From contig CM022670.1 of the NCBI GenBank assembly GCA_012295275.1, positions 20,150,001-20,214,000 of the forward strand: a DNA stretch of 64,000 nucleotides, in the 5' to 3' direction. Below the pieces are notes generated by a model, which was not told the origin of the DNA, ran no database searches, and worked only from the letters and a program-made list of their open reading frames with translations. Position numbers and translations under genes: made by a program. Shown piece after piece: positions 1 through 12,620 of this stretch. The DNA comes from Chrysomallon squamiferum. Lineage: Eukaryota > Animalia > Mollusca. Within the stretch, counting starts at the first letter, position 1. Every line of letters begins with the position of its first letter.

Positions 1-263
1 AAGTTTTATTCACAAACCTGCTGTGCTATTATTTCTTTTTTAAACCATTTTAATAAATCTACTTTGTCATTATTTTCCATCCTTGTATATATAGAAGGTT
101 TTGATGTATTTTCTTAGTAGGAGTAACCTACAACCCTGTAGGTTTTTGCTTTCTGTTTTTCCAACAAGAAAAAAGCTGACAAGAAGAATCTAAGTTTGAT
201 TTATAATTTGACAGCATATAAATAAAGTCTTTTGAAGTTTTGTGAAAGATTTCTTCTTTCCAG

Positions 264-499
264 TTTTCAAGCAGACAGAAAATTTAAACAAGTCTGTAGA
301 CTGCTATTTGCATATATGCTCTAGGGAATGTTTGTCTTTATGGCTATTTGATTGCAATAATGCTGATAGCAAAGCTTTATGGTCCTGCTCAGTGGGTATA
401 AATAAATGTAAAAAGCAACAACACAAGGAAGAAAATGGGTTAAAACCTGTCGACATTGGACAGGAAAAATTTGTGAAAATATTCTCTGTCTTGTCATAA
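264..499 (+). CDS. Possible terminal coding exon of unknown identity (xFKQTENLNKSVDCYLHICSRECLSLWLFDCNN...KIFSVLS*)
   Basis: Acceptor-like tttcttctttccAG ends at 263 and one frame stays open to TAA at 497-499; flanks are much more AT-rich. No recognisable homology. Confidence 0.2.
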
Positions 500-1759
500 C
501 TGGCAAAATTATTTTGTTTTTCATGTTTTTTGTTCCAGAATTTTTTGAGTTTGGACTTTTAATTCATTTACATTTTATTTTTTTTTAAATTCTTGGTGTG
601 TGTTTAAAATAAAATATATTTTGTTTTGTGAATTCCAGGTGTTTTTGTTTTTGGTATTTTGTATTTGTTCCCATGTTTTTGTGTCTTTTTATTTATTTTT
701 TTTTTTTTTCTATTTTCAGTTTATTTATTTATTTACTTATTATATTTTAATTAATTTATTTATTTTAAAAAATATTTAATTTTTTCCATGTTTTATAGAA
801 TTTATGACATTGGTTAATATTTATATTTGGATATCATTTGGTTTTATATTTATTTTTTATTTTTTTGGTGAAGTATTTACATGTTTTGTGGGTTTTCTGG
901 TACTTGTTTATTTTTATAAATCTCTTCTTGATATTTGAATTTTGTTGTTTGTTAGATTGTTTAAGATACTGAAATGTTGCTGAGAGGTATGATAGCGGTC
1001 CTGTCTTTAAAATATATTTTCTGATTAAAATGTTTAAAAACAAGAATCTTTTTCTTCTTTTTTTTTCCTTTCTAAAATAAAAATCATTATCTGGGGCAAG
1101 TTATTTCTTTTTCTCCCCTAGTTTTTCTATTTCTTTTCATTTTGTAAAATTTATTTTTGGGCATATTACAAAATAATTTGAAAATGCATTTTTTACATCT
1201 GTATTTCGGTTAAGATAATGTTTTTTAACTGCCTTTCTTTTTCTTAAGTTGAAATATTTTTCATTTCCTAAATTAAAAAAATATATATTAAAAAAAACTA
1301 AAAATTAAATAAACAAAAATTCTCTAACAGCATTTTAATACTGTTTCACTGTAAATCAACAGGTAAAAAATAAATGATATTAACTATTATCTATATACAT
1401 AATTGTGTTTCAAACTGGTAATGTAAACAATAAATAAATAAACTAAAAAAAAAAAAAAATGGAATAGATACTGTAATATTATAGTATGCATGAATTCATG
1501 AAAATTTAAAAACTCACATAAATGTATGTATACTCTCATTTAAATTTAAGTATGTAAAGGTATACTGGTCACAAAATACTGTTTGTGCTCTTTGTACAGT
1601 TTTTTCTTTACCAAAATTCCACATTTCATACAAATCTGGGATTGGAAGAAGAAGAAAAAGAAATGTTTTTAATTAATAACACATGTCCAAGGGCCATAGA
1701 AAAAGAAAAAGAAATTTGTTACATCTACACACTTAACTACTCTTTTACAATTAGTAGCA

Positions 1760-2089
1760 ACAATGTTTTATGAATATCACAGTCAAGGAAGCACATACTG
1801 GGATCTTTATAAAACCAGTTGTGACTGTGAGGCGCTGGTTTGGAAACAGAAGTGGCACAGCACAAACCCTGAAGATTGACCCCACACCCTTCTTCTGTAA
1901 CCACTAAACTTCAGAAATCAAGATATTCTGGACTATTACTGCTGTCTATGAATATTTCTATCTTTTCTACTGTTTTAAAATGGCATCTTCATCTATATGT
2001 GGTCATCAAAGGGCTCAGAAGTGTCTACTTTTTCAAAGGAACATTTTTTATTGAGTTAACTTTTCCTGAGGTTGAATGTTTGATCATAT
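1760..2089 (-). ncRNA. Candidate non-coding exon of a - strand transcript (3' end undefined)
   Basis: Strong acceptor (long T tract then tatAG|atatgatc; AG at 2091-2090), GC above flanks, all three frames stop soon after the acceptor. Confidence 0.3.
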
Positions 2090-2117
2090 CTATAAAAAAA
2101 AAAAAAAAAAAAAATTG

Positions 2118-2148
<31 letters not shown>

Positions 2149-2250
2149 TAACAAACAAACAAACAATAATAATATTAAAAAAATAAATGAATAAATAAAT
2201 AATAACAAAACAAAATATGATAATAATAATTTTGAAAAGCTGTATTTTAC

Positions 2251-2630
2251 CTCATATTTTACTATCTTACACTGCAGGGGGCAAAATTACCAAAATACTA
2301 CATTTGCAGATTCTTCAAAAATGTTAAGATTAAGTCATTATTCCATAATTTTCTTTCTGGACCAATCACTCGGATCAGCCTGGAACAGAATTGTGTGTGA
2401 GGATGAAAGTGTTTGGACTGTTTTCCGAATGGGCCGATTTAGAGATAGTTTGGGTGCATCCTGGTGCAAGCCATCTATCTGCTTCAGCTGTCTGCTGATG
2501 AATGCATGTTCTGACTTGAGACATTATTAATTAAGAGCAGCTGGTCTTCGGTTGACGGCTGAGTGCTGCAATAGCTGGCTGGGTTGTTAGCACATCACTG
2601 GCAGTTGTTGTTCTTTTTAACGCTTCACAA
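2251..2630 (-). ncRNA. Candidate non-coding exon of a - strand transcript
   Basis: Acceptor attttattttccacatctAG| (AG at 2632-2631); donors atgag|GTAAAA (exon end 2251) or cagt|GTAAGA (2271); GC island; no frame open throughout. Confidence 0.3.
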
Positions 2631-5351
2631 CTAGATGTGGAAAATAAAATTATAAAAAAAAGAAAAATTAAAACAAAAAAAAAGAGGAATATTTCAAAGT
2701 AATTATGGGCTGCAATACACATTTATATCACAAGGATATGTATAACATTTTTCACATGCAAACATATACACATAAACGTAAATAATGACATTGATTCACA
2801 TATTCTGATTGCAACACAAAACACATACACATAGATATACACATGCACATACTGAATTATAAAAACAGAGATACAAACATGGATCGACACACAACCACAC
2901 AAGCACACACACAAGATGCACATAAATATATTTATTATAGTTTTGATTTAGAGAGATTTAGCACATGTCCTTAAGAAAATATGTAATTAAAGTGGCAAAA
3001 CAAATGATTTTACTCGGATAACAATTTTAATTTTTCTTATGTTTTATTGTAAAATTGAAGATTTGTGGGCTACCCTATTCTGTATTATTATGGTACTGAT
3101 CATTTATAAATTCACTGACAGTAATAACTTTGATAATAGCATTTTTATTAAGGGCTGGTTTCAGAAAGTAATCAATTTGGTAATGGTATTTTTATACTAA
3201 AGTATCAAATCTAGGCATGTGAATAGTATATTTTTCGGTTTTGTGTACTTCTTCCTCATTGATAATAAAAAAATATCGACCATTTTAAATGATAGTGCCC
3301 CATTTTTTTTTCAAATACAGGATCTGCTTTTGTTTTCAGTGCCTTATTTCAGAGGATTATGGCAGTATTAAGTGATTAAAGTTTGTGTTTTCTGAATTTT
3401 ATATATTTTTGTAAATTGTAAGACACAAAAATAATAAAAATAAGCCAACCAATTTGAACTTAATCAGTCAACTGATCTGTTTTTTTAGATTGCCAACGCT
3501 TTATAATTTATTGTATTTTTATTGGTGTTTGACAGATTTATAGTTGTAGTATATTATTTTCTCAGCTTTGTAATTAAAAAAAGGAAAAAAGTGAAAAAGG
3601 ACACAATCCACCCAAAAAGGCAAAACACAACATTATTAATAGAAATTTTTTTATAAAAATAATAGTGGTGAGTCACATTAATTTTTCTTTTTATGTTCTT
3701 ATCTTTTTAGCCAATGTTTGTTGCTAATTCAATTTCACAAATTAAAATTCAGAGAAGGTATGGTTTTGTCAACCCATATTAAAACTGGTGTCATAAAAGT
3801 TATCTTTTTAAATGATATTTCAGTGTTGAAAGCTATGGCATTTGTCATAAACAATTAGTATTTTTTATATTGAGTTACTGAATATTTACATTATGAAAAT
3901 TTAAAATTGATGAGTTGATACTGCTTTCATTAAACTACTGTGTAATTTGTGAACATACAGTAGCTAAACTATGAAGATCTAGATTTACGTTTTTGATCAC
4001 AAGTCTTTTAGGTAGTGTCATTACATTCAACACTGACCAACCCAGAACCCAAAAGATTAAATTAAATTATACATATGGTAATGCAAGCAAACATTTAATA
4101 ACATTTTTATAAACACACTGTCGTTGTATTTGTTTATAAACTCTTTTCACTATGGGCAAATGTTCTTTTTCAAATAAATTAGCTAATACATTATAATTAA
4201 TACAGTCTTGGGTTAGATTGTGAGTTATATAGTGAAAACAGATTCTCGAAAATTTTGGACATGAAAGCATTAGGTGACTGTGCACACAAAAATAGATAGC
4301 TGTATTGTGCCAAGGTAAATAATTATGTTTTGATAGCAGCATACCCATCAAAATAAATACAAGATGTATTCTAAATCCTCTAGAATATAATTTGAATTTT
4401 GTTTTTGAATTTTTTATTTATGTTTAACATTTGAAATTGAAGTTTTAAAAAAAAAATGTTCCCATTTTCTGCATTAGATTTGGACACATATATACACACA
4501 CAATAACACACAAAAATAATAAATAAAAAATGATTTTAAAAAATCAGGAAAATGGTTTGCATTTCCACAGGTATATTACTTCATTATTAGCAAAGATTAA
4601 TGTTAAATAAAACATTATCACAGGTAAAAAAAATCTTTTAGTAATATATGGCATTAGTTTTTTTTTTTTTTTTTTCTTACAGGTACAATTTGAAATTGTA
4701 TTGGAGATAAATGGTACAAACACACACACACTCACACACACACTTGCACACAAAGAGTGGTAGAAGTTACTCCCTCAGAAATGCCATCCAACAGTTATGC
4801 ACAAACAAACAACAGAATATATATATATATATTTTTTTTTAACATTTTCTAACAAAATATTAAAAATATTTCCTTCCTTTTATTCACAAACATCTGGTAA
4901 ATAGAAAATTTCATGGGAAGGTATTGTGAAGGAAAAATAAAAGAAAGAATTTTTTTTGTAATGGGAATTATGCAGAAGGTAAGCAACTGTTTGTCATAGG
5001 TGTATTTACCTCAGCCACTGATACCTTGATGAAATAACAGAACCAAATTGAATCCAGGTGTCTCATCCCGCAGGCTGAAATCAGTTCATCACAAGATAAT
5101 CCCTGGGGCATCATGTGACCTTTTCTTCCATCTTCTTTCTCTTCATCTGTGAAGACATTCCACTGTTTGTACTGTGAAGATAGAAAACACTTCTTCTGTT
5201 GTGAAGCCAGCAGCCATATGTACAAGTGTTTGATGAAGGAATGTAGAGTTTTTTGCTTTTCTTTTCTTTTTTATGCATTTTCTTTTTCATTTTATTACTA
5301 TTTGTTTATCATTTTTCTCTTATTTAAATACTGATTTTTTTTATTTAATTA

Positions 5352-5649
5352 GGTTGGTAAAGGTATTTTCAGTCATTTAATGTAAAAGTGAATGTGGAGC
5401 TGGAAATCTTTTATAAAATCTTATTCATTGTAACTTTTGTATTCTAATCAAAAGCTATAGTGTGAACTTCTCTGTCTCTCTAAAAAGATTCCTTGCTGTT
5501 ATTGTTGGGGGAAATATATAAAGCAGACTTCCTATGCTGATTACATCAGAGTATGTCAGAAATACCTGTGTTTCTTATGCATCATTAAACTTTCATAATT
5601 ATATAATTAGAATTTACAGTTTGTGATTTGCTAATTTTGCACACACATG

Positions 5650-5700
<51 letters not shown>

Positions 5701-6108
5701 ACAAAAACATTTATGCCATGCACAAACTTTTTTTTTTTCATTCATTATTTCATTCAGTTAGCCAGTCAACTCTGTAGTTCAGTATAATTATGTACAAACA
5801 TACACAACATATGCAACTGTTAAAAAAATATATAGCAAATATATTTGATAATTTCCACTTGTAACATCTTGCATGGTTTTATTACCTTTTTATTATAATT
5901 TTTTTTAATATGGCAACTTGTACTGATAAAAGTTGAGCAGGTTGAGAAACAAAATATATTACTTGAATGAATGTAAAATGTTTAATGATATACCTCAGTA
6001 TAATTTTAATACTGGCAGATAACTTTTGTATTCTAATCAAAGGATGTCTTAAAAAAGAAAATCATCTTAAATATTGGTTGGTAAAGGTATTTTCAGTCAC
6101 TTAATGTA
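5352..6108 (+). repeat. Two short direct repeats in swapped order (A..B / B..A)
   Basis: A = ggttggtaaaggtattttcagtca(t/c)ttaatgta at 5352-5384 and 6076-6108; B = taacttttgtattctaatcaaa at 5431-5452 and 6020-6041. Confidence 0.9.
5641..5695. repeat. (CG)n-(CA)n microsatellite, Z-DNA prone
   Basis: acacacatgcacgcgcgcgcacacac... is continuous purine/pyrimidine alternation. Confidence 0.9.
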
Positions 6109-6739
6109 CATTCATTAGTCCAGTGCTCCATTATTGAGCTATGTAACATAAGTTTCATTTTCTTTAGCAATTAAATAACTAAATGTGTATGTGGTTTTAA
6201 CTTCTTCTGGTAAGATAATCTTACAAACTTAACTAGATGATAAATCATAAAATTGAATTATCTCGATTATGTAGTTATGTAATTTAATCAAACTGTCTTT
6301 ACTGTAATCTAATTTTGAAAAAATATTTTAATATATTTTGTAACTTCCTAATCCATCAAAATTCAATAACAATAGCATCATGACAAAAAACAGTAAGCAA
6401 AATTAAATTTAAAAAAAAAAAAACATAAAAGAAACAAACTGTTCCCTTAAAAGAAAAACAAAAACAAAAAACAAAACAAAACAAGAAAAAAAACTTGTTA
6501 AGTATCACAACTACATTTCACCGAATAACTTTCTTCATCAGCTATTGAACATTAATAATCTTAAGTTGAAATCTAAGACTAAAAAATCTGTTTTCCATTA
6601 TCAGTTTTTATATTCACTTTTCTATAAAAGGACAGCTCATGCATCAATTTGTCCAGTGTCAGTTCCCGAACCTTGAATTGGACGTGGGCACGTAAAAAGA
6701 GTTCTCCATACCATACCAGTGTCAGTTAGGATGTGTATT

Positions 6740-6799
6740 TGGATCGGGTAGAGTGGTAATGAGAAAAATAGTGGATTGCAGGATCAATCCTTCTTAGTG
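6740..6799 (+). mobile_element. Degenerate tRNA-derived SINE-like head fragment
   Basis: A-box-like gggtagagtggtaa followed by B-box-like caggatcaatcc; 6770-6799 matches the reverse complement of 38715-38744 at 27/30. Confidence 0.5.
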
Positions 6800-8511
6800 C
6801 TATTTTCAGTCTTGCACATCTCATATATCACATCCTTGATGTTTATTGTCCTGTCAGTGGGAAATTAAATAGCAAAACATAATAAGTAAAATTAGCACAT
6901 CATGAGAAGATAACATGTTTCTTCTCTAGAAGAACAGGACCAGTTTTTGTTCAAGTACATTTATCAAATCATCAAGTTCTTTCAAGAAGTGGAGTTCATT
7001 TGGAATATATAAATAAAAAAAATACATTTTCTTTTTTATCGAAATAAAGATAAAATAGAAATTTAAAAATAAAATGCATGAAGAAAGCATTCTTGACTTA
7101 AAACAGAAATTATTAAAAAAAATTGAACAATGTAAATAAATATAAACGACATATTATTGATGTAAGTGCAGATAATTGTTTAGAAAAATAAATAGAGTGA
7201 ACTTTATTTTTTATAATAGAAGTACATAAAATAAATAAATAAAATGTGCACTGCTAGTTTTTGATTCAGAATGAGATAAACATTTGGAACAGAAAAAGAA
7301 AGAACTTCAAATTCTTTCAATATAAACTGAAAAAAGAAAATGATTTTAAGATGTTAATGAAAGGCTGTTCAAAAACTAAAAAACACAAAAGAGAATATAT
7401 AGAGGTCATAACCAAAAAAATGAAAAATAATAATAATAAAAAATAAATAAATAAGAAAAAAATGAGAAAAAACAACTGAGGTAGAACAAACATTTTATGC
7501 ACGAAATACATTTAGGATGTAGATTTTCAAGAGATGATAACGTATCATATCAGTTTTGTTGTATCAGTTACTATCATTGTTGCAATGGAACTACATTAAG
7601 TGTGAGGGTCCTGTCTTGTTGGTGAAAAGTATTTTATAGGAAACCTCACTTAATCAGTTTTCTTGCAGCTTTAAATGGGAAAAGTAAAAACTGGGCTTTT
7701 GGTTCAAATAGAATGGGAAAAAAAGATTAAAAAAAAGAAGCTGTGTGTGTGTTTGTGTGTATGTGTGTAATTAGGTAAGGTAAAATGAATAGGTAAAGGT
7801 TCTGATGATACTAGTAATAACATTAATAGTTTCTGTAATAATCCATAACAGAAATATTGTTGTTAGTGTTTAGATAGTAATAGTAGAATTAGTAATAGTA
7901 GTTGTTGTTGTAATAGCAATAACAGAGATAGTAATACTGGAGTAGTAATTGTAATAATCAATCATTATAACAGTAATACTTAGTGGTAAAACTGGGATTT
8001 GTTTTATTTTTTTATTTATTTTTTGGTAATTGTATTAAAAGAAGTTGCAATTGTTGTAGCAGTAGGAAGTGGTGAAGGAATAGTAATAGTAATAAGCTTG
8101 TAGACACTTTGAATGAGTTGTTTCAGTTCTTACCTTATTATCAACTGAAGACAGGTATATATATTCATTAAAAGACATTTTTTTCCTTTGGTTTAAAAAT
8201 AGCTAATTTTTATTATTGCTTTGAAACCATATTAATATGATTATTCATTTGTCACTTTTGTACTTGTACAAAGGTTATATGCAAAGCTGTTTTTAAAATT
8301 ATATTTTTATGTTTTGCTTAAATAGTTTTAGAATCTTGGCCAAGACATAAATACATCTCAAAGTAGGCTTTGGCATTTAATTGGATATAAGCATGAGAAT
8401 ATATTACTTTTGTGCATTACATAAACTATACAGAAGCCATAAATGTCACACATTCTGGAGTAGTTTGCTATAAATGTTTTCTAAAGCTTAATAACTGACA
8501 TACAGACCTTG

Positions 8512-8585
8512 TTGGCACAGTGATGTAATCAGTCAAATTGAGACTCAAGTGTGCAGTAGATAATGAGTTCAAATCATTGTTCTGA
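8512..8585 (+). mobile_element. Degenerate tRNA-derived SINE-like remnant
   Basis: A-box-like gtgatgtaatcagtcaa and B-box gagttcaaatc (8565-8575) at tRNA-like spacing; no cloverleaf seen. Confidence 0.3.
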
Positions 8586-8770
8586 CACTAATTATGACAT
8601 TATGATAGTAAGTTTAACATATTATAACATGTCAGTTCGGTGATTATATCATCAGCTTTATGACAGGTACATAACTCTGTTTCATCTTAATAACACCCTA
8701 GCAGTAACTAATATGTATGACCATTATACCCTTTCTATATAAACCAAGCAGCATGCTACCATGAACTTAC

Positions 8771-8891
8771 GGATGGGCAGGCAACTCTGGCTCCAGAACA
8801 ATGTTTCCATGTGAGACAAACTACACAACAACTTGTTTTTATGGCACTTTATAACTTTCACATTTGTCATTGTGTCTGCCATTTTACCTAT
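8771..8891 (-). other. Candidate 121-nt internal exon on the - strand (one open frame IGKMADTMTNVKVIKCHKNKLLCSLSHMETLFWSQSCLPI)
   Basis: Acceptor tttcactctcacAG| and donor catcc|GTAAGT bracket a GC-elevated segment; no homology recognised. Confidence 0.35.
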
Positions 8892-10700
8892 CTGTGAGAG
8901 TGAAATATTTAGCAGAATGATACAATGTGTGCTGTCTTTATTTGAAATTTAAATGTTTATATTTTAAAACTTGAACTAGTTCTATAAACACAGCAATAAC
9001 ATTCAATTTTCATTTGTGAAACTCCACAGTTTTAATTGTCTTTGACAGACTGAATCTGATGCCAGTAAACAGCATATTATAAAAGTTAGTATTTCTGTTA
9101 TGAGTAGTTATTAGTAAGTAACTAACAAAGTAAGTTCTTTTGAGTATTTTGTCTTACAGTTTTATCAGGATAATTCGATCCCTTCGTTTATTGCTGTGTT
9201 GTATTCAGTCATTAACTAACATGTGATATGAAAATATAAAAAGCCATAGTGATTCATCCAAAAAAGTGAAATTCATGTATTGAGTAATAAATATTAATAG
9301 ATTGTTAAACTTCTACTACATTCATTTAATCAGTTATATAAAACAAATTAGTAGCAGTAACTATTGAGTGAATTCATTAAGTAGCTAGTTAAGCAAACAC
9401 TTATAATCATATAGTTCTTCCATGATGATCTGTTAAGGAAACTTGTTTCTGAACTGTATGAATTTCTGAAAAGGAATAGCTACCAAGTACAGTCATTAAC
9501 TAGTGCTACAAATGAAAATTGAAATAATTATTAATATTTGATTTTTTTTGTGTTTTGAATAACTTCTGTATGTAAAAGACTATCAGATGGAGTTTGCTTT
9601 TGAGTCTTCTTAATGACTATAAGGAAGTGGTGGTAATGTTCAGTGAACTTAGTTGTTAACATGAATATCTGTTGAATATTCAAAGAACTTCAGAAGCAAT
9701 AATAAGATGTTAAAAGCAATAACCATTGAGCAAATCCAGTTGTCAGGAATATTTCTTGAAGGTGTGTTTCATCTTGCCACAGGCTGTTATCACCGCTAGT
9801 GAAAGTTGGCTGATAGAACTTGTTTATTTGTCTTCAAGTCAGGAAGAGCCTGCAGATAATGGGTTTTTGTGTTTTCTTCCCTCGCCACCATCTTTCACCT
9901 CTGCTTGTTGATACAGTGCCCATAATTTTCACATTGTTTTGTTGGTACAACATCGCCAATCCATCATCATTCACTACCCCATCTGTTGCCTTCTTGGCAA
10001 ATAGTTTTAACAGTTTTTTGAGCCCCATTCCTGGCATTGTTAACCCCAAAACCTATAATGTGGTCTACAATGTTGTTGTAGCATGTAATTTGAAAATAGC
10101 GCTTTTCTTCAAAAATGTCACTTTCAAGTTTTAACCAAATCCATTTATTATTTCTTTTCTTTTTAAGTGTTTTATATATATATATAATTTAATATGTTAG
10201 TTAAAATAGGTATTTTGTATACTTAATGCATACTAAATATTTACTACAATAAAATTCCTAACACAATTCTAGTTAAACATTTTTATTGACAAAACCCCCA
10301 AAAAAACAGCATCAAAAACAAGAAAAAAAGAAAACTGAAACAAAGTTTTTTGTTATGTAATATTGTTGACATATATATACCATTTAATATTCAAATGTAG
10401 AAAATCTTCATTTTTATTTTCAGACAAAACTCTGTTTAATGGTATTTTTAATTTCTTATGTTTTACATATATGTTTGCAATGAAAGTTATTATTGTTATT
10501 TAAAAAAAAAATTAAATTTGTAAAACAATTAATTTAACTGAACATTTATTAAGGGACATTTATTAAACATATTTACAATAATAACTGATGGTTTTCTTTC
10601 TTTCTAACTTTTCTCACACCAGTGTAAAATCATACAATGATTTTGACATCGAAAAGTGAATGGAAAACAATAAGCTGGATTGCAGACATTTTTCATCAAT

Positions 10701-10837
10701 AATATTTATTATAGATTTAATTGAAAAATACGCATATTTAAATATTTATAATAGATTTAATTGAACAATAAACTTATTTAAATAATTACAACAGATGTAA
10801 TTTAACAGTAAACTTATTTAAATATTTATAATAAATT
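10701..10837. repeat. 40-bp minisatellite, about 3.4 copies
   Basis: Units approximating aatatttataatagatttaattgaacaataaacttattta start at 10701, 10741, 10781 and 10821. Confidence 0.9.
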
Positions 10838-11635
10838 ATATTTGATTGGGATTTATAATTCTAAAATTGTTGAATTTTACAACTAGTCCCATGAGACATG
10901 TAGTTTGTCACTGAACTTGGGTTTAAATAATATAATACTCAATACCCCTATTATTCTTCTCCTTGATATAACTGTATAGATAGCATCCACCTTTATAACT
11001 GTATTTCATCATTAATTATGAAAACTATGTGGAAATTAATAATAAAATACTTTTAGTGAATAATAAAACATAAAATAACAGTGTCCATCATATAATCCTT
11101 TTTATATTAGATTAATGAAAAAGAAAAGGAAAACATTTAAAATATTTAAAAAAAAAAATAAACAACAAAAAATAAAATAAAATAAAATAAAGTAGCCCCC
11201 AAAAAAAAGAAAGAAAGAAAGAAAGAAAGACAAAAAGAAAACTGAACAGAAGAAAAAAATAATAACAAAAAATGTTGCACCTGCTTTTCTAATATCCCTT
11301 AAAATGAACTCTAAACAAGATTAACTGTTTTCTTTGATCACCAGGGGTTTGTGTTTATTTTACTAAGAACTTTGTTATTTAAGCATATAAAAACCAAACT
11401 CATGTTTATTCTGTTTCGTTCAGTGCACCAGTATAAACTGTACATGACTAAATTACCTTAGCTCTTTCTTACAGGTTATCATTTATCACATCACATACAG
11501 ATATACAGAGTAGTTCGAGCATTACTAATGTTGTGTTTAAATCTGTACCAACATGTATCTCTGTTAAAATGATAGAAAGTCACATAAAACCATGCTATAA
11601 CAAGTTGTGTGTGTGTGTGTTTTGTGTGCATGTAT

Positions 11636-12134
11636 GGTTGTAGGAAAAAATGGCACCGGAAATAATGGCACTGAGAAAAAATGGCACTCGGAAGAAATGA
11701 CATTGTGCAGATTTGGAAAAAATGGCACCTTATTAAGTTTTCTGTATAGCTGATTTAAAACAAAATACAGTTTATTCATGCAATATTGTTACATACATGT
11801 AAATTAATATATAGCATCACTCAGCCACTTGTTTTTTGTACTTGTACTTTAATAAAGTACAGTATTATATCAGAGTTTAATATTACACATATACATAAGC
11901 ATATGTATACACACACACACACACACACCCTCACACAGGCACACACATATATATTCATACATATGTATCATACATACATAAATGTATACTTACACGTAGA
12001 TGCACTAATACATTCATATATACAGACACGTTCATACAGATGTACCTAATTTAAATAAGCATATCACAGTTAAAATGTGCTACAGAATGATATCATTCAG
12101 TCAGTTCAAACATAGCATAAGATACATGTGTGTG

Positions 12135-12189
<55 letters not shown>

Positions 12190-12620
12190 CTTATGTTTGA
12201 ATTGACAGAATGATATAATTCTGGAGGATATTTTATCTATGGTATGATTATTTACATTAGGTACATATGTATTAATGTGTCTACATATGAACGTACTCAT
12301 TCATCTATATATGTGTGAAAGCATGCATATATGTATGTGAGCTTGTATATATATTTATTTTATGTGTGTGTGCATGTGTGTGTGTGTGTGTATATATGTG
12401 TATGTATGTATATATTTGTATGTGTGAGTATATGTATGTGTGGATGTAATATGTGTAATATATACATTATTGCATGAATAAACTGTAGTTTCAAAAGTAC
12501 TTTTAAGATTTTTTTAAATCAACTATACAGAAAAAATAAATAAGGTGCTATTTTTTCAAATCTGCACAGTGCCATTTCTTCCGGGTGCCCTTTTTTTCTG
12601 AGTGCCATTTTTTCCAAACC
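11636..12620. mobile_element. Non-autonomous foldback / Mutator-like (MULE-type) DNA element; the whole element is an imperfect palindrome
   Basis: Termini are inverted and built of GGAAAAAATGGCAC-like subrepeats (5 left, 4 right). Inverted similarity continues inward (11636-~11789 vs ~12465-12620; ~11995-12134 vs ~12183-12310) to a central (CA)n. Flanks tgcatgtat (11627-11635) and tgtttgtat (12621-12629) match 7/9, consistent with a 9-bp TSD. Confidence 0.85.
12138..12188. repeat. (CA)n microsatellite at the centre of the foldback element
   Basis: Direct reading. Confidence 0.95.

Noticed and set aside
8512-8585. tRNA gene
   Set aside because: Only degenerate A/B boxes, with no acceptor or anticodon stems; kept only as a possible SINE relic.
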